Assembly (NCBI GenBank): GCA_030141605.1
Contig: JAQGDQ010000332.1
Span: 1-64,000 of the forward strand
Reading direction: 5' to 3'
From: Tubiluchus corallicola
Lineage: Eukaryota; Animalia; Priapulida
DNA: 64,000 nucleotides
Shown here piece by piece: positions 1 to 33,394 of this stretch. Positions within the stretch are counted from its first letter, which is position 1; the number at the start of each line of letters is the position of its first letter. Under the pieces are notes generated by a model. The model was given only the letters and a program-made list of their open reading frames with translations. It did not search any database and had not been told where the DNA came from. The position numbers were made by a program, and so were the translations under genes.

Positions 1-58
<58 letters not shown>

Positions 59-60
59 TA
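1..60. repeat. (TAA)n microsatellite in a CYP intron
   Basis: Direct reading of tandem TAA units. Confidence 0.95.
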
Positions 61-81
61 AACTGTATTTTAAAAACTAAC

Positions 82-3000
82 CTAGGGATGTTATAGCCTC
101 TGAACAGAGTGTCCTTTATAGGCGAGTGAAAAGCTGCAAATGGAGCAATATTGGCATGACGTTGCATTTCACTGATAACAGCTTGCACATAGGGCATGTT
201 ATTGCGATCACTAAGTCTAGGATATCTTTCTCCAATAACCTATAAGAAAATTAGGTTTATGTTTAGTGACAACTCATACAGTTTACGTTTATCAGTTATC
301 ACTAAACAATTGCACGGTTTTTCAGCTAGCCAAAAAATTATGTTGTAAGGCATTGCATAACAGTTAATTAATTACTGGCTGATTATTAACACGTAATAGA
401 TGTTGCCAGTGCTTTGAGAACTGCGCTCTCGATGTCGGCTCCATAACTAGGCAATGCCCCCAGCCAGGGTGCAAAAATTTAGGAATAATTAAAATATCTT
501 TTAAATCATTTTAAGCCAAACAATGTCAAACTGCTCAAATGTAAAATATTTTTAAGCTTAGAAAAAATCGCATGAGAGACGTTGATATTAATTAAACATT
601 ACTCACTGGCATAATTATGCTCTCATTGCAATAAACCCTTCAGCTTCATCTAATATTGTATACATTTCCAAATACAAATTTCGACGCTAATTTTATTATT
701 TGTACGCAATGTATATGCACGATACCTTTTAATCCTTGACTTATTTATGACTTTTGCTGGGCTCTGATGACATGTGATGCTATTCTGAGCCTTATAATTT
801 TAATTACTTGAAGCTCCTAGTCTACTCATAATGCCACTTGGCGCCCTTGGATTCATTGGCGATTGGTTGCACTTTCTGGTGCTCCTTTACGTTAATTAGT
901 AAAAGTTAACAGAACATGATAATTAGTAACACAGCAACATTAAAATAGTTTTATTGTAATGGCGATCCCAAGATGCGAGATATATTATGAGACTTATCTT
1001 CTCAGTGACATACACTGAATTGATTGGCAAGTTTCAGAAATAAGAGTCGTTGTGGGAGGCAGGGGCGGAACTAGGGGGAGCGAGGGGGGGCGTCTCCCCC
1101 TTTCAAAGTTTGCGCCCCCTCTGCAAAATCGGACAAATAATTTTTTTTGCAGTGAAAATTGCAGTTAACATGTAATCATTTTCAATATGAATTAGAATTA
1201 GGTAAAAAAATGTTTGGTAGCTTCAGTGTATTATTTTCTTAAAACTTGTGTGTGATAAAATTCTGTAAATAACAATTGAGTTAGAGGCACATTAATAACG
1301 TTAGGTTAACTGAGAGTTAATTTTCTCATTTTTGCTCTGTCTGCTACGCCGTCCTACACACATGCTAATTATAGGCCTGCATGCAGTATAAAAGGGGTTA
1401 AAAATTGGCTTAACCATTATTTAACCACTTCGGATACCTCGCCCCGCCCCCCCCCCTGCTTGCCACATCTAGTTCCGGCCCTGGTGGGAGGATGAAAGAG
1501 CTGTTGCTATCTAGTCACTTTCTCAAACACTTACGAACGAATTAAAAATCTTAAAACCAAAAAGTACCTTTTCAATTTCCGCCTGTACTTTTATCTGTAC
1601 TTCCGGGTATTTGATCAAATACAGAAACAACCAACCAAGACTTGTGGCAGTTGTCTCTGTCCCAGCATTAAACAAATCAACAACTATCTGAAACAGGTGT
1701 TCCTCTGTCCCTGCATGATAAAACCTTGAAATCAACAATTGCTCACTACATTTATAAGTTCAGCATAAGTTGAGCATACATTATATAAAAAAAATCGCAA
1801 TTGTTTCACATTTACTATTCAAAGCCCCAATGCATAAGAGTACAAAGAAACAGGTAATGAAACAAAATTACTCACAAAATTAGATAACTGTAAAAAAATT
1901 TTTATAACACATAATAAAACATATAGGTATAACACGTAATAATCTATGCCTAACACATAACAAAAACACCGATTAAGTATTTTTAAGTCTTGTTTAGTTG
2001 TTATTATAAATACATTCTTTAACATGATATTCTTTCTTGAAATATTGTTTAAATTTTAGTCGTAAATTGAAATACGTATAATATATGTCCTGAAAAAAAG
2101 GTTATGTGACCTAATTAGGAAATGAAATAGAAAGAACCTGCAACAAAGTATCCTAGCAAGTGTGTAAGAGTACGCTTACATTTTTCTTTCCTATTTTCCT
2201 GCATATCTGCTGAGCCGTTCAGATAGTGATCAACAAAATCTCTGATATTGTCTTTGTCAAAGCTAGAGCGATGTTCTTCGATAAACTGTGAAAGAAAAGC
2301 ACATATACTGTAAGCTAATTTGATGCCATGCATGCTAATTGCCATAAAAACAATAATACATACTTTACACATTAATTATACCGAACATAATTATCACAAA
2401 ATATCTGTAATAGCTGCGACATTGCAATTACACACTGCCAATTAAATTGTAATGTTAATATTACAAAATTAACACACACTGCAGAGTAGTCGATACCAAA
2501 AGTAATTTATTGTGATCCCACATACCTCTCTAACATAAGCTCTTATGCGATCAAAAGATGCAATAGCCTTCCTGGGAATTCTGTCAAATCCAGGAATAAA
2601 CCGCAACCAGGGATAAATATTGACTGGTGTAAAAGGAATAGGAAGCTGGAATAATTCGTCATTCAGGTCCAGAAGTTTTGTGAATTTTTCGTCAGTATAC
2701 TCCAGTCTGCAACAAATGCAAAACATTTCTTAAAACATGCATGCTGGTTCGCCAGATTGTATCATTGGACATAAACTTCATGTCTGTTCAAAGCTATTTA
2801 GTGTATAAGTTACAGGCGATGTATAAAATTTAAAATTTTATAGAATTCCTGGGCATTTCATATCACTCCCATGCACTTTGGAAAAAGTGTGAAAAAAGTC
2901 TTTTCGATGCGACTCTTTCACGTTTTGCCTAGACGTTTTGATTAATAGCTAGGATTTATATAAAATGCGTAAAATAACTTTGGCAACATGTAAAAAGAAC

Positions 3001-6000
3001 ATGATTTGTGTTGAAACGAACTTTTCCTAGATATTTTATGCACCATCTAGGCATTGTATGGAATGCATAAAACTATTAACCAATGTACTAAATTAGGCAA
3101 GCAGTTCAAGTAACCGGTGAATTAGTTGTTTCACCCACCGCCTCTGGCATGATGCTCTTTCAGGTGGATCATTTTCCAAATCTAGGAAGCCTAGGGCCGG
3201 GATTCATTAATGATGTGTATAATTTTTTCGTAAGCTTATCTGTGCATAGGAACGTTCTTGGCGCTACTTCAATAAGTCAGTTTTTGTGAAAATCTTTATA
3301 AATTTGTTCATCATAACTTTACGCAAGGCTTAGAGCTTGCATGAATACAATTTAGCATGTTGTACACAGTTTAAAAGGTTATGACTGGTGTTGCCATGGC
3401 AGAAGAAGAGGTTAATGATAGAAATTTGGTGTGCAGAGAATGACTTCTTCATAATAGATTACAAAAAGACATTTTGAATGAAAGCAATTTATAAATTAGC
3501 TGGCACAGCAGACCATAAGGCTTGTATCTCTCTCTCTCTCTCTCCCTATCTCGCTCTCGCTCTCGCTCTCGCTCTCCCTCTCCCTCTCTCTCTCTGTCTC
3601 GCGCGCTCTCTCTCTCTCTCTCTCTCTCTCGCGGTAGTAGGCTAATGAACATGTGCATATAAATAATTAGGTAACACTATGACCTATGTTGCGAATACTT
3701 TATATATAAGTTTCCATGTAACTAAACATACATGCTTACCATTACCTTATTTCATTTATAAAAACTTCAATTGCTGACTGCTAAGTATTAACAAATGGGA
3801 AACGCTAACGCACATGCCTTTTACCAAAATTTATCGAAGCTATCACATTTGATGCAGCCATCTTAAGAATTCTGCGCGGATTGAAAGGTTTCTTTTTGTT
3901 TTTGGCAAACTCTGTCGAAACGGCTTCTAGTTCGCTTAGAATTTGTGTTTCTAGAGACACTTTACCAACTCCAAAATCTTTCAGTGCAGTCAGAGTAAAT
4001 TTTCTCGTATCCTTCCAATGCTCTCCAAATTCACTGAAAAGTAAACCTATAAAAAACGTGTATGTATTATCATTGATAGTTCGGAAACTGCCTTCACTAT
4101 ATAGTTCTATAATCTCGCACACTAGTGATAAATCAAGTAATTTTTAAAGTGTAATCAAAGAAATACAGAAATGAATTGAAATTGACAATAAATGCAAATT
4201 TCAACATAAATATTTCGATCACGTTCAAAAAACGCTCAATGGCTGCTGTTTATTTTCAGGAAATTTTGATTAAGCAGCTCTGGCTTTAGCTGCTTATCTA
4301 AACACTATAAGTAACATTGTAAGTACATTTATTAGAATCGAGTGCCGTTAGTGAACTTTCATAATCCATGATGCGTAAGTTCAGCTGAAAAATTAACGTC
4401 AAACAAAGTGCCAAGGAAAGTCTTGTATGACCAATATATTTTAACGTGATCATAAATGATTATAGATTTGAAATCTATAGGTTAAATAGGTTTAAGCAGT
4501 CGACAAAATGGTCCTTTCGAAGTTACGGAGAAAAGGTGTAACTTTTATCTGCTAGCAATGCTGATCTAAGAGAGCCCACACGATGATTTTTTTTATTATT
4601 CTTATTGTTTATGTTAGGCATCGAGTTTTCTTATGTAGGCATCAACTTTTACCTCGTGTAATTCAGAAACACAAAAGGGTAGGGTCATGAAACTTGTAGA
4701 TTAGGGGTAGCTTGTGAGATAGGGCTCAAATAATGGTTTGGCGAACATGGCCTCGGCTACTATCTACGCACCCACCAATGATCAATGGTGGGCGCACTTT
4801 TAACAATTTGTGTGTTCCTTAAACACGCAAAAACGTCATGTCAGACGAAAAACAATCACATTTTCTGTGTTCACCCACAGACTTTGATAACTGTGGTTAT
4901 GAAAGCAAAGTTATCAAAGCGCGACCCATTATTACTATTATTGTTGTTGTTGTTGTTATTATTATTAATATTGAACAAGTTATATCGCCCACATCATGTT
5001 GTATATTTATAATTATAGCTACCTACCTCTGTCTATGCCAAAAATTCTCTTAGGCAAGTAAAAGTAACGAATTGGTCTGTTCATAAAATCCGCTTCTCTG
5101 TCTACGAAAGCTTCGTTCACGGCATCAAAACCATGTAGTATAATTGCCGGCATATTTCCAAACCAAACTGTAAAGACTGGTCCATATTTTTTGCTAAGTT
5201 CTATAAAAAGAAGTTTATTAAATTACTTAAGTGGGAACAACGCGTATTTTTCCGAAAGGATGAGTGAATTAGTCACTTCGTTACAAAATGAGGGGCGACG
5301 AGAAGATTTGTAAGATTGTCGTTCTTTATTGACCAACTCTGTAACTCTAGAAGGATAGTGAAAATATAGACAGTAAAATTATAATATATTATAACTGCAC
5401 CGTCGTATTTTTAACTATTTTTCATTTCTAACAAGAATAACATAAATAGCTAGCTTAACACATCGTTAAATGTGCACAAAAATTCATTTTACAGAGTTAA
5501 AATATAGCAAGCTAAAAGGAGATTTAAATCATTATTAATCCAAATCACAATTGGTTTACATTGAAACCGAGATGTTTTTACTAAATTACAGTATTTCATG
5601 TGGGTGAGTGACAGGCTACATAGTCACTGCAAATCTCGACATTACGGTACGCTTCACTCACTGCTGTGAATTACTAACCTATCTAGAAAACATACGCAAA
5701 AAAACTTTCAGGAAACAAATGAGATGCATGTTATATAAAAACGAATTAAGGATGTTAACCAGCAAGAAGCTAAGTGCGAGTTTGTTGTTGTTACTGTTGT
5801 TGCTGTTGTTGTTCTTGTCGCTGTCTTATGTGTCGTGGGCCGCGATTTATTCGAATTTTTAAACCTAAAACACTGTTGTTAAACGAATCTTGATAACCTT
5901 CAACAAGTGTCAAAATTCCAATATCATGAGTTGTAAAAATGAAGTGTACCTATGTATTTTATATAGGGTTCTTTGGTTAGAAACGGTAAGTATCCAAACA

Positions 6001-6139
6001 GCGGTACTCCAAAAGGTCCAGGTGGAAGTCTTCGTGGAAAGCTTAGCCAGTAAAGAGTGAGAAAGAAAACCGCAATTAGCAACAACACGGAGGCAGCATC
6101 TAAATGCAGGCCAACACGCATGTTCCACAAGCAAACCAT
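82..6139 (-). CDS. Cytochrome P450, clan 2 (CYP2-like); 3' part (PERF and heme-binding exons) lies outside the window to the left
   Basis: Frame-consistent exons: 6139-5950 (N-terminal anchor, PPGP hinge LPPGPFGVPLFG), 5200-5027 (SKKYGPVFTVWFG), 4046-3818 (C-helix WKDTRKF; GC donor), 2706-2526, 2285-2180 (RDFVDHYL), 1710-1568 (I-helix AGTETT), 239-82 (MPYVQAVISEMQR, K-helix ExxR). An AG acceptor just before the ATG (6147-6148) implies an upstream 5'UTR exon. Confidence 0.93.
1060..1483. mobile_element. hAT-type MITE (424 bp) in a CYP intron
   Basis: TIRs CAGGGGCGGAACTAG / CTAGTTCCGGCCCTG (14/15 match), flanked by a perfect 8-bp direct repeat GTGGGAGG at 1052-1059 and 1484-1491. Confidence 0.88.
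3527..3631. repeat. (CT)n / (CTCGCT)n microsatellite
   Basis: Direct reading; explains the spurious RERE ORF at 3449-3658. Confidence 0.95.
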
Positions 6140-6219
6140 CACTGACCTACAAGAGTAAAAATGAAATTTATAATGAAAGATGAACTAAACAACTTTAAAT
6201 AAAAGTAACCACTTGAAGG

Positions 6220-6410
6220 CTGACTTACTGAGTGGCTAACTGACTTACTGGTTACTGAAAGGTTACTGACTGACTGACATATGGCTGGCTGACTTCTGAC
6301 TGACTAATTAACTAACCAATCGCCTGACCATTTGCGCCACACGCCCTTGAACCAAACAACCAACCAACCAACCACACAAACCACTAACAAAGAAACTAAC
6401 TAACTAACAA
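6220..6410. repeat. Degenerate tetranucleotide low-complexity tract (ACTG, AACC, AACT)
   Basis: Runs such as actgactgactgac, caaccaaccaacca and actaactaactaac. Confidence 0.7.
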
Positions 6411-9400
6411 ATTAGCTTGCTAAATAAGTAAAATCCAAAAAATTAGTTAAGAAAATACGTAACCCATATATAATACCCTCCATCCTTCAAAACAAGTCTC
6501 GTTAATAATAGGTCGTAAGGAGGCACAAATAACATGAATTATAACGAGATTCAAATACACGAAAAATGATATTAAGTAAAAATCTGCGTAGCGTTTACAA
6601 CCGCTACTGTCTGCAATCGTGTGACCTGTATTTAACAATTTTTGTTGTTTTTTCATTTAACAATGTTCTTTTTCTTTTAGTTTCCCCCATTTTTCCTTTC
6701 CACATGTTACTTTCTCACATGATAGCCAGTGGAAGCTAAACTTACTGTATCTTACAAGGGGGCTTCTGCAATTCGACAAAGGCGAATGACAAAAAAGAAA
6801 ATCAAACCATTTTGAAGTAAACAAAGCCCAGATGCAAAATAACCCGCTCGCTACCATTAATCACATGGCATTTCACCTGCATGCTCTCGCTCTACACCTT
6901 AACTTTAGGCGAACGACGTCCTTTTTTGCCATGTACCTTAAACTTTACCAGTAGCAATCAACGATAGCTATTTAGTTAACACCTACCTTCAACTAAAACT
7001 TCTGATTGTCTACAAACGGTGTTAAAATAAAGTTAACGCCAGCCTTCCCTTTCTCGAGGCTGGAGCATCAAATACACACACCACATTCACGACTAGCCGT
7101 CTTGAATTGTAAGCCAGTGACCAGTAAACGTCTAAACAAATTCGATAGGGACGCCCGGGTCAAGGACAGCGTTCCAAGTGCAGACCAGTTTCTGTTTTGC
7201 TACAAGCTAATATTGTCTAAACCGCAGTGGAAAGGTTTGCAATATAAGATCAGTTTGCGTGACTGATTTACAAACTACAGGGCGGGTTGGGCTTATTTTT
7301 ACTTCTCAAAATTTTACCATACCTATTTCAACTGCAATTTTTTTTTCAAACAAGCCTTTTCGTTTCCGATTATTTACCAAAATAAACAAAAAAACTTACT
7401 AACAATTCTCTATGTTTTAATGGTCATGGTTTTGGGCTTGTAACAAAAAAATGAATGATAAGTGCCGAATTTTTCACAATTTGTTTCCTTTAATTGTTTC
7501 ATGTTTCAAGAAGTTTCATTAATTGTGGGTTCATAGATTATTAATTAATAACCCACAGATCACTCAGCCTCTAAATTAATTACAAAAAATAGTCTAATTG
7601 ATTAGAAACTGCTCTGGCGTAAATAAAATTAGAATGATTAAATTCAGAACCGGACTAACATAGTTTAGCTTTATTTAGTTTATTTAACTTACAGCACTCT
7701 GTTTTTACAATTACAGATAATACATAAAAAGAAAAACTAAATTCAAATTTACATAAAAAATAGGCCAACTCACTAAACTAGATCACATTAAAAGTAAATC
7801 AGATTAAAACTGTTCACATTTTACAAAGACTTTATGAAATGTTTTCATTGAAACAAGTGGGGGCCGCATGATGGAATAGAGGTATCTTTATACCTGGACG
7901 TTCTAAGTTCAGGCAAAAGAATCAAAGAACTAATACTAAGTAGTCCAGCCGCTTATTGGATTTGTAAAGTAAAGCTAATGATCAAAGCCAGTATATGTTA
8001 TACATGTTAGCGTTACATATACTACTTAGGACAAAAAATCTTGTTATTGTCAGCATGATAAGATTTACAACGATCGTGATGGTGACCATAATGTTGATGA
8101 TAATTATGACCATCAATGCAGTGATCACGTGGTGGTGATAGTCGTGACGTTGATATCGAGAACAATAACCAATTATCAACTAACTAGGATGCTAAATTTT
8201 ATAGCATTTTTGAGTTTTTCGCGTAGTTTAGCTAGTCAAGAACACAACTAAAACTAAATTTCTGCATAGTATGAAAAATAGATGCATTAAATCATTCAAA
8301 ATATTGTGAAAGAAACTCAGCTTAGAAGAGTCTGCTCTCTGTTGGTGCCTGGTGGCAGCACTGTGGTGTTTAACACACTTAATAGAATACAACATAGAAA
8401 AAATGTGACGCTTAACTCTGTAAAAATCGTGCAGTGGTCATCATCATCGTCATCATCTTCTTCATCATTAATTACGAAAAGCAAAATGCTACAAATTAAT
8501 AATGTTTACCATAACATTAGCTCCTGGCTGCTTGCGGTAAAGTTTATTAAATTCGCTAATAGATGTCTCTACTGGGTAGTCGATCAAGCCAATGAGACCA
8601 AAACGCATAAATCGCAGTTACTGCAGGGCTTTACCGCAATAAGTGCCAATTGTCAATATAGTGTTTTAAAGCTCCCAAGAAGATATCAGGACTTTCCTAA
8701 AAAGTTTTTCTTTAATTTTTCAGGATATCAGTATTTTTTGGGTGTTTTTAAATCACTTCCTTTTCAAATCATGGGCTTTGAAGCCCATTATTATTACCAT
8801 GCCGAACTAAAAAGTGTATCGTGCCTCTTTTGCCCAAATTGGCATTTCTTTCCATGTTAAAACAGGCTGTGTGTCACGGTCAAAGGATTAGATAATTACT
8901 TTGTTCAGTTTACTGAAATCTCATCACTCTACTGTTCTTTGCGGTTTGCATTTAAATTTAAACTAAATTAATTAAATGTTACAAGCTGAAAATAATTTAT
9001 TGATGTTTCGTTTAGGGTGGAGCGCATAACCTGATATATATGTAACATATCATAACCTAATATATATGTGTACGTTAGTTCAAAATTAAATCACCCTTTT
9101 ATTTTATTTAAGCCTACCTCATGTAACACATCACATAATTCAACAATGAATTAGAAACAACGTGTTTGTATATTATAGACAACGCAAATTTCAAGCACCC
9201 TAAGTTATAACATAATATCATTCAGGTAATAAAACAAGTAACAAGTTCTCTCACGTATAGACCCATGACACGTTGCAAAAGGTACTTGTAATATGTTTTG
9301 TATATTTTTTTACAGTTCATATATGGGCTCATTTTTCTTCTGGCAGATCCTAAGTATTAAATAGGTTAAAAAAGTTTGTACTTTAGCTATAAAACAATAC

Positions 9401-11357
9401 TACGTACACAACTTACACCAGGACTTAAACGTTTTAAACTGATCGTTTTAGTACTATTTGAGTCATAAACATTTAGACCACTAGTCGCAAATAAGTATTA
9501 TAAAGTAAAGCAACAAACAATAGAACAATACTAGGTGGCAAATCTTAATAAAATCATAACAAAAACTCAAGAGGGAAAATCCAGATTTTACAAATACATG
9601 TACATAAATGGCAATGACTATAATTTATAATCTAACTATACGAGTATATAGTTAAATAATAGAGCAACGGGGTAATTGCATTTATAGTGACTCTAAATAA
9701 TCAAGTTTTTACCATTACAACCTTAATCCTATGATTACTTTTTACTCATGTAATAGTAGAACATGCACAAATCTAGTTATTATACAATATGTATAGCTGC
9801 TCGATAAGCTGCACTAAATTACAAAAACAAGTTTGTAAGTCTGTTAACAATTGCCACAAACCAGCACAAGTGTCTCACTCCGTACAACCCCCAAAATTAT
9901 AATTATGTGAGAGTGATGGTATTTCTTAATTCTTAACTTGCTGTTTTGAAAACTATCCTCTAGTATGTACCAAAAATACAAAGCGCAGATACTATATAGC
10001 GGTAGCGGTTAGATGTACTACATTCGACAGCATGCGCAAACATCCCACGTAGTAAATGAATAATGGTGTAAATCAATAAATCGACAAGGTGAATAAGGCA
10101 TAGGTTTCGATTTTATTTCGGCGAAAAATCACGAAATTGGAATTTCGAATTGAATCGCTCACATTTCGTGTAGCGTTGATCTTTTTGCTAAGTGATTCTT
10201 TTGCACTTTACAGAGTTCTTATTTAGAGTTCACCTTTCACTGGCGTGTTTAGAAAGTTCCAAAAGAAATTTTCTATTCAGGTATTTTGAGCGAAATATTG
10301 CGAAGTACTTGGCCCCCATTGAAAAGCGGAAACTATGGAAAATCCCAGACGTCCCAGAAATCAAAACTAGAAACGTTTTGTAAATATGGCATTACAAGTC
10401 TTGCCCTAAAACCATTGCCCGAAAATGGCCATCTCACTTCCAGTTTTCTTCTGGTCCCGCCAGTTTTGAAAAATAATTTTTCAAAATAATGAGACTGTAT
10501 GATTTTTTTATATCCCCACCTCCCAAAATGGCTGAGAAAATGTGGAAATATGTGGCTATTTATATGTCTATGACATAAACTGGCACAAATGGCACAAATC
10601 AAATGTGGCTTCTTAACATAATATATATATACATATTTAGCTAGAAAGCGGATATTGTGCTCCACCTACTTAGACATTACACACACCATACACGTTTTTA
10701 AAAATACATGACACAACAAGCTTGCAGAATTACACCTGCATATATACAATATATCAATATATGTATAATATCTCTATATAAATAATACTACTACATATTG
10801 CTTTGCAGAATACTGTGCATAATGACTAAAATATTCTCTTGCGTTCTACAAAATTTTATATAAACTATAAAAATTAAAAACAAAATTATTATGAGTACAT
10901 GTAGATTATATAGAACACAGTGTACAATATACGACAGTTAACCTCTTTTGTGAAAGTATGTATCCATACTCATTAGTAGGGTTTAGATTTATGTAATAGT
11001 TCAATCCTATTAACGACTAGAGTAATAAACAACATGTTACTGAAATAAATTGAGTAATTTATACGTTCGTGTAATAATGATTCTTTCTAATTACTAATCA
11101 AATAGTCACAAAGCATTATCAGAGCATTGCAGAAACATTTACAAGAGGCGTATACTGTCTTAATTCTAAAAAGAGTAAGCTGTACAGTTTTTTTGTATTC
11201 AGTAGCCATTCGTAAAGTGGCTCTCGAAGTCAGTTTCATTTCGATTAGAAAAAAACACATTTTTTCTACACAATAAATCTACGAAATTTTTAATTGGGTC
11301 GTAAATACATAACCAGTTACTAGATTCATAATTTTCATACTGGCCAAATCGCATCTT

Positions 11358-30898
<19,541 letters not shown>

Positions 30899-31319
30899 CT
30901 ACAACGAACTTTTCATACCAAAATTGTTAATTACCGTGTATTCTTTCCATACACACAATTTTTGCGAAATAAGTAGTTTGGTAGCGATTACATTACAGAT
31001 TACATTACAAGTAGTTTGGTAGCGAAAAATTTAAACACTGTCTAGACACAACAAAGATATTTTATTCAAAAATTGACAATTCTGTCATTTTGTTAGCAAT
31101 TTTATATCTGAAATGTCTCGATAATTGTAAAAGTAGTACTCAGATACTCAGAATAATGGTTTCCCTTGCTCATATATCTTCAAGTGATGCGAAAGCTTTG
31201 TATGCGACGGTCGTGAAAGATGCGCAGCTTCCACGCATGTAATCATTGTTATCTCATCGAGCATGCAGAGAGACTTGAAACTTAGAACTGTCTCTGGGTA
31301 TCACAATTCAGAAGTTGGA

Positions 31320-31391
31320 TGCCCGCTAACAGGCTATCAAGAAGTGTATGTATATAAACTCCTTGACTTCTTGATAGCCTGTTAGCGGGCA
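31320..31391. repeat. Perfect 26-bp inverted repeat with a 20-nt loop
   Basis: TGCCCGCTAACAGGCTATCAAGAAGT (31320-31345) and ACTTCTTGATAGCCTGTTAGCGGGCA (31366-31391). Confidence 0.95.
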
Positions 31392-31395
31392 ATAT

Positions 31396-31615
<220 letters not shown>

Positions 31616-31643
31616 TTATTTATTTACTTATTTTCCTTGATAT

Positions 31644-31787
31644 GGCGAAATGTAAGCTTCTGAGCTAACGAGCTAACACTCTCTATAAATATATTTTTCT
31701 TAAAACAATATTTGCCATTTAAAAAATTTTAGGCAGTGGCTCATTTTTAAATTAATGTGACTGGGTATACATAAACATATATATATC

Positions 31788-31838
<51 letters not shown>

Positions 31839-31944
31839 GCCCTCTCTCTCTTTCGCTCTATCTCTCTATCTCTCTTTCGCTCTCTCTCTCTCTCAACGGG
31901 AAAGAAAAGGCAAAACCTAGAGAGCGGAGGAGAGAGAGAAAGAC

Positions 31945-31989
<45 letters not shown>

Positions 31990-32244
31990 GGGGAGGGTGA
32001 GGAGCAAAAAACAAATCACGAGAAGATGAGGACGGGAAGCGAGGAGGGTAGAGGTAAGAGAAGAAGAAGGTGGGAAACTACTGCTAAACATTTAACTAGA
32101 AATTCAAACAATATAGTGGATATATGTTTATGTGTACCCAGACATATCTAAAAATGAACCACGGCCTAAAAATTATTGAAATGGCAAATATTGTTCTAAA
32201 AAAATACTTATAGGGAGTGTTAGCTAAGAAGCTTAAATTTCGCC
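31644..32244. mobile_element. Foldback/MITE-like element: ~130-145-bp imperfect inverted arms enclosing (CT)n and (GA)n tracts
   Basis: 31644-31788 (ggcgaaatgtaagcttc...aacaatatttgccattt...ctgggtatacataaacatat) is the reverse complement of 32118-32244 (atatgtttatgtgtacccag...aaatggcaaatattgtt...gaagcttaaatttcgcc). Confidence 0.8.
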
Positions 32245-33394
32245 TGTTTTTTTTTTGTTATTATTGGACACTGATAGGCGCTATACAAAATTGGCATCAC
32301 CAAATTTGCTGTAATCATAATGCCAAGAGAGCTTTATGACTTCCTGAGCTCTGCAATAAATGGTGATTTGAAAATGCAACATTAAAATTTACTTCAACAT
32401 TTGCTTTTTCTTTCAACATTAGTCTCACGTACCACCGCCATATTCAAATTATGCCCTTTCGAGACATACATGAACTATTGTGTTAATTTGTGAATAATTT
32501 TCCCTCAAAAAAGTGCTGATAACTTTGCGAGGTTTAAATTGACCACGCCTCCTCTTTTGACCAATTATCCTTTAGGATGCACCTCTTCACTTTGTTGCCA
32601 TGCCGATGGTTTGCCACGTGTCAAGGTCGCTACTGTCAACTCAATGAAGAACCTTCGTAACGCTACTTATGCGACAAAAATCTAGCAGTGCTGGTTTCGT
32701 AAAATTTAGTGATAATTGTTCAACATAAATTATTCTTGAAAAACAATGTTTGCCAAATGTCTTTGGACATATTATTGAGCAGCATTAAATATATCAGTAT
32801 TTACTTTACTGATACACGTGTGACACATACCCAGCACGGCGAACTGCATGGTCATTTTTCTTGGCTATTTGTCTAACCAATTAGTGAAACTTCTTCAAGT
32901 CACTGTCTGCGCTTTTACATTAGAAGCCTCGAGGCCTCCCAGTATGACTCCAGAATGTAAAACCACCGATGTTTCGCAATGAATTAAGACAGTAACAGGC
33001 TAACAGCTAACATAACGTTAGTCTAATTATATCAGTATTAGCTTGACGTCGGGTCTAATCCAGGTCGTTGAGATAGTGGGCTTCTTTAGTATTTAACATT
33101 ATAAACCAATTTGTGACATCTGTAGATAATATCTTTGTTTGTGGCTAATGGCTGCAAGAAAATAATTATGGTAACTTCGATTTAAACAGTCTATTTGTAA
33201 TCAAAAATGTATAAGTAAAAAAAATTCTACTTTTCTAAATAGGCGAAACAGACATGACCATTAATTCTTTATCATCTTTTAAAAGCTAGTAAACTTCTAA
33301 CAAACTTAGTTTATTGGCACTAGATAGAATGAACCCTCAATTACTGGGTTCTAAAACAAAATTTTAACCAAAAGAAAAAAATGTGAAAATCCCG

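Noticed and set aside
8306-8860. 184-aa plus-strand ORF
   Set aside because: GTG start, includes a TCA microsatellite, no recognisable domain or splice context.
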